From Ranitomeya imitator (lineage: Eukaryota): 64,000 nt of DNA. Shown here piece by piece: positions 61,404 through 64,000 of this stretch; positions within the stretch are counted from its first letter, which is position 1; every line of letters begins with the position of its first letter. The stretch covers positions 586,520,001 to 586,584,000 of the forward strand of contig NC_091286.1 of NCBI RefSeq assembly GCF_032444005.1. Direction: 5' to 3'. The notes under the pieces were generated by a model. It saw only the letters and a list, made by a program, of their open reading frames with translations, made no database searches and was not told the DNA's origin. The translations under genes were made by a program, and so were the position numbers.

Positions 61404-62099
61404 TGTCACAACTCTGCTGTCAGGTGTCCCAGACCAAGGGCTCCTTCCCTGTCCCTAGCGCTAGAGGCACCCTAGCTCGCCCTGTTCCCCGGATTACTTC
61501 TGATGGTGAAGACGCCAGGTCACGTACCTTGCCTTAGCTCCTGAATTCGCCTCCTGTCTGTACCCTTCCCCCACCCAGGGAAGAGGGGAGTAGTAGTGCA
61601 CCTTAATATAACAACCAGACTAACAAGTTAAGACAAACAGGGATAAAGGAAAATACCAATCATAAAAATATACTCACACAAACAACAAAGGAAAACACCG
61701 TGGAGTGGACGATGAGTGGACGATGGGGAAAACCAAAGTAGGAGAAGAAGGGGATCAGCACACACCCAAAACCTCACAACAGTCTCAGATATATCCACCA
61801 AACATGTTATCAAACAGCTACAACAAACCACCATCTACTAACCAAGCAGCATGAAGCTATCTCTGGCAATGAGTGCTTGCCAGGGCCCAGATTATATAGG
61901 AGATGAGAGTGGCTAATAGTGAACAGCAGAGACCCTTAATGCAGGACAGCTTCCAAGAGCTCTCAACTGAGCAGATTAACCCCTGCACTGCTAAAAGAAA
62001 CCTGCACCATTTCATATGAAGGTGAAGTGTTCCTAATCAGTGCAGGAATAGAAGAAATCAGACGCTGCTGGCTTCTGGCTCCTTTCTAAACTTGTGACA
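61404..62099. mobile_element. Probable solo LTR
   Basis: Inverted termini tgtcacaa...ttgtgaca; 5-bp flanks tcagc / tcagt (4/5); non-coding. Confidence 0.65.
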
Positions 62100-63238
62100 T
62101 CAGTCTTGATAATTCTGACCTTGGCTTTATTCCAATTTGTGCTTCTGCCTCCCTCCTTGATTGTCTACCTGATGCTTGCTCTGCTCATAGTTCTAACTTT
62201 AACTCAGTTTCTTTCTGTTCTCTAGTCTCATCCTCTGACCAGTCATATTCTGACTGAATATCTGATGGCAAGTGACAACCCTCAGCTCCATTCCTGATCA
62301 CACCAGTATTCCAGCAGCGCTACCGCAGCCATACTGACTATTTTGAGGATCTTCTTACAGTAAAATGCAGACCTCCTGCAGAGGCTATAGCGTGAACCTT
62401 TCATCAAAGGTTTGGGGCTTAGAGAATCCACCTTCTGCTACATGATCATAGCTCGGGTATTAGTTTGTCAGCATGTTTCATCACTGACACAGTGTCATTT
62501 TTACCATATGTTTCTTAGAAACCAATTCAGTTTCTGTTGTGATTTTGCAAAAACATCTGATTGACAAACATAATTACCAAGGTTTTGCTACCACTGGGTA
62601 CAAATCCTTCATAATACATTGTTTTACTTGTAACTATTTTTACAAACTGAACCTACCGCCGTTAGGACACACTATTGTGATTTTCCTGCATTTTGTCGAC
62701 AAGCTATATAATCTTAATTCCTTTTTACTTTGGTTGGCTAATGAAAGCAATATGTAAGAGAACATAATATGATTTTTTAAAAAAGTGGTCTGATACCTAT
62801 GAAGACATCCTGGTTCTATAAAGGTGTTTGAGAAGTGACAACACCTTCAGTCACAGTCACTGTTCCTAACACTAGAGTGAAACGTATTCTCATCAGGGGG
62901 CGGTGATAGAAGCAGTGTGAGTGATACCAGTGCCGACTCATGATAATGTCCTGTTTCAGGAGATGACGATAGACATTGCGGAGAAGTGAGTGCAGCCACG
63001 GCCTCCTGTGACGTCTTATTTGAGACTCCTCTCAAATGAAACGTCACAAGAAGTAAAGTTAAAAAAAAAAACACATATAGGAAATAGCATGATAGAGATA
63101 TGGTATAGAGCGACACTAATTCTAAAACTGTTTAAGATTATTTATTTATAAAGGGCTTTATAGGTATTGGATCACCCCTTTAATTTTTAAATCAAAAGAC
63201 TTTGAGAAAATGTATAGATACCTTCAAGTTTTTCTTAC

Positions 63239-63321
63239 CTGTACAGCATATGCATCAAGTTTCTCGAAGTTCTTCAAGTTGACGGGCATTGACTTAAGAC
63301 AGCATTTATCCCATGGGTAAG
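63239..63321 (-). CDS. KY: KY exon (AYPWDKCCLKSMPVNLKNFEKLDAYAVQ); upstream exons lie beyond the window
   Basis: ttttcag|CT acceptor and CAG|gtaaga donor; 83 nt, phase 1-0; YPWD and FEKLD motifs. Confidence 0.9.
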
Positions 63322-64000
63322 CTGAAAAAATATTCTTTAGTGAATGATACATGTAAAAGTTTGACAGCAAATGTTGTGATTTTTATTAATATTCTAGAAA
63401 AAAAGGAACTATGATTTAGCCCAACAATAAAGAGGAAACGAGGACTTAATTTCAGATTTGGATCTGTTTCAGAACATCGTTATCCTTCATTCCTTGGACA
63501 AGACTGTGCCTCATGTACTCTGCGGCATTCTACACAAGTTGACTTGATGTTGTCATTATCACTTAACTTCATATTCTTTAAAATATTTTTTGCCTCTATT
63601 CTGCCAATAATGTATGATTATATTATATAATATAAATGATATGATTATTATTGCCAATATGGACAAAGTGATACTTTAAGTGCCCCCTAAGTGCCAGAAT
63701 TGAGCTTTTTGTGATAATCACACACATTTGATTAGTAGTCTTCCCTCTATGAGCATGCAAGCAGAGACAGATGTCAATCACTCATTAGGACCGCCCACTG
63801 GACTCCTAAGTATTGTAAGAACTGGGATTTAAATGAATAAAATACAGACTATACAAAATCTTCTACGATATATCTGTCTACTCAGCTTCTATTGCCTTAC
63901 GACATATTGCCTGCAGATCAGACATTTTGAATATGACAGATTTCCTGTAAATTATTTCTATGAGATAAGTTCCGCTCTTTTTCCTGTCATGTCTATGGGC

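Overview
Vertebrate genomic DNA, most likely a frog (inferred from the repeat families), and roughly three-quarters repeats. Two host genes converge tail-to-tail, as in the human CEP63-KY arrangement. On the + strand lie the last five coding exons of CEP63 (stop at 19011). On the - strand lie six coding exons of KY (kyphoscoliosis peptidase; stop at 30940; 5' exons lie beyond the window). The KY terminal exon (2,408 nt) encodes five tandem ~122-aa Ig-like modules in an A-B-A-B-A pattern, where I recall a single such module in mammalian KY; the Cys-His-Asp triad is intact. Mobile elements include two intact DD34E Tc1 elements inserted at the same TA of one 30-bp minisatellite, a near-intact piggyBac plus an in-frame deletion derivative, and a full-length L1 with intact ORF2 nested in a decayed DIRS1 element. 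There are also CR1, L2, V-SINE, Helitron, hAT and T2/Kolobok-type MITEs and a solo LTR. A 7-kb 74-bp satellite has higher-order periods of 739 and 3028 bp. A hAT element carries a CpG-rich array of 112-bp units built from palindromes, with flipped hairpin loops. There is one 149-N assembly gap. Most long ORFs in the supplied track are tandem-repeat artefacts.
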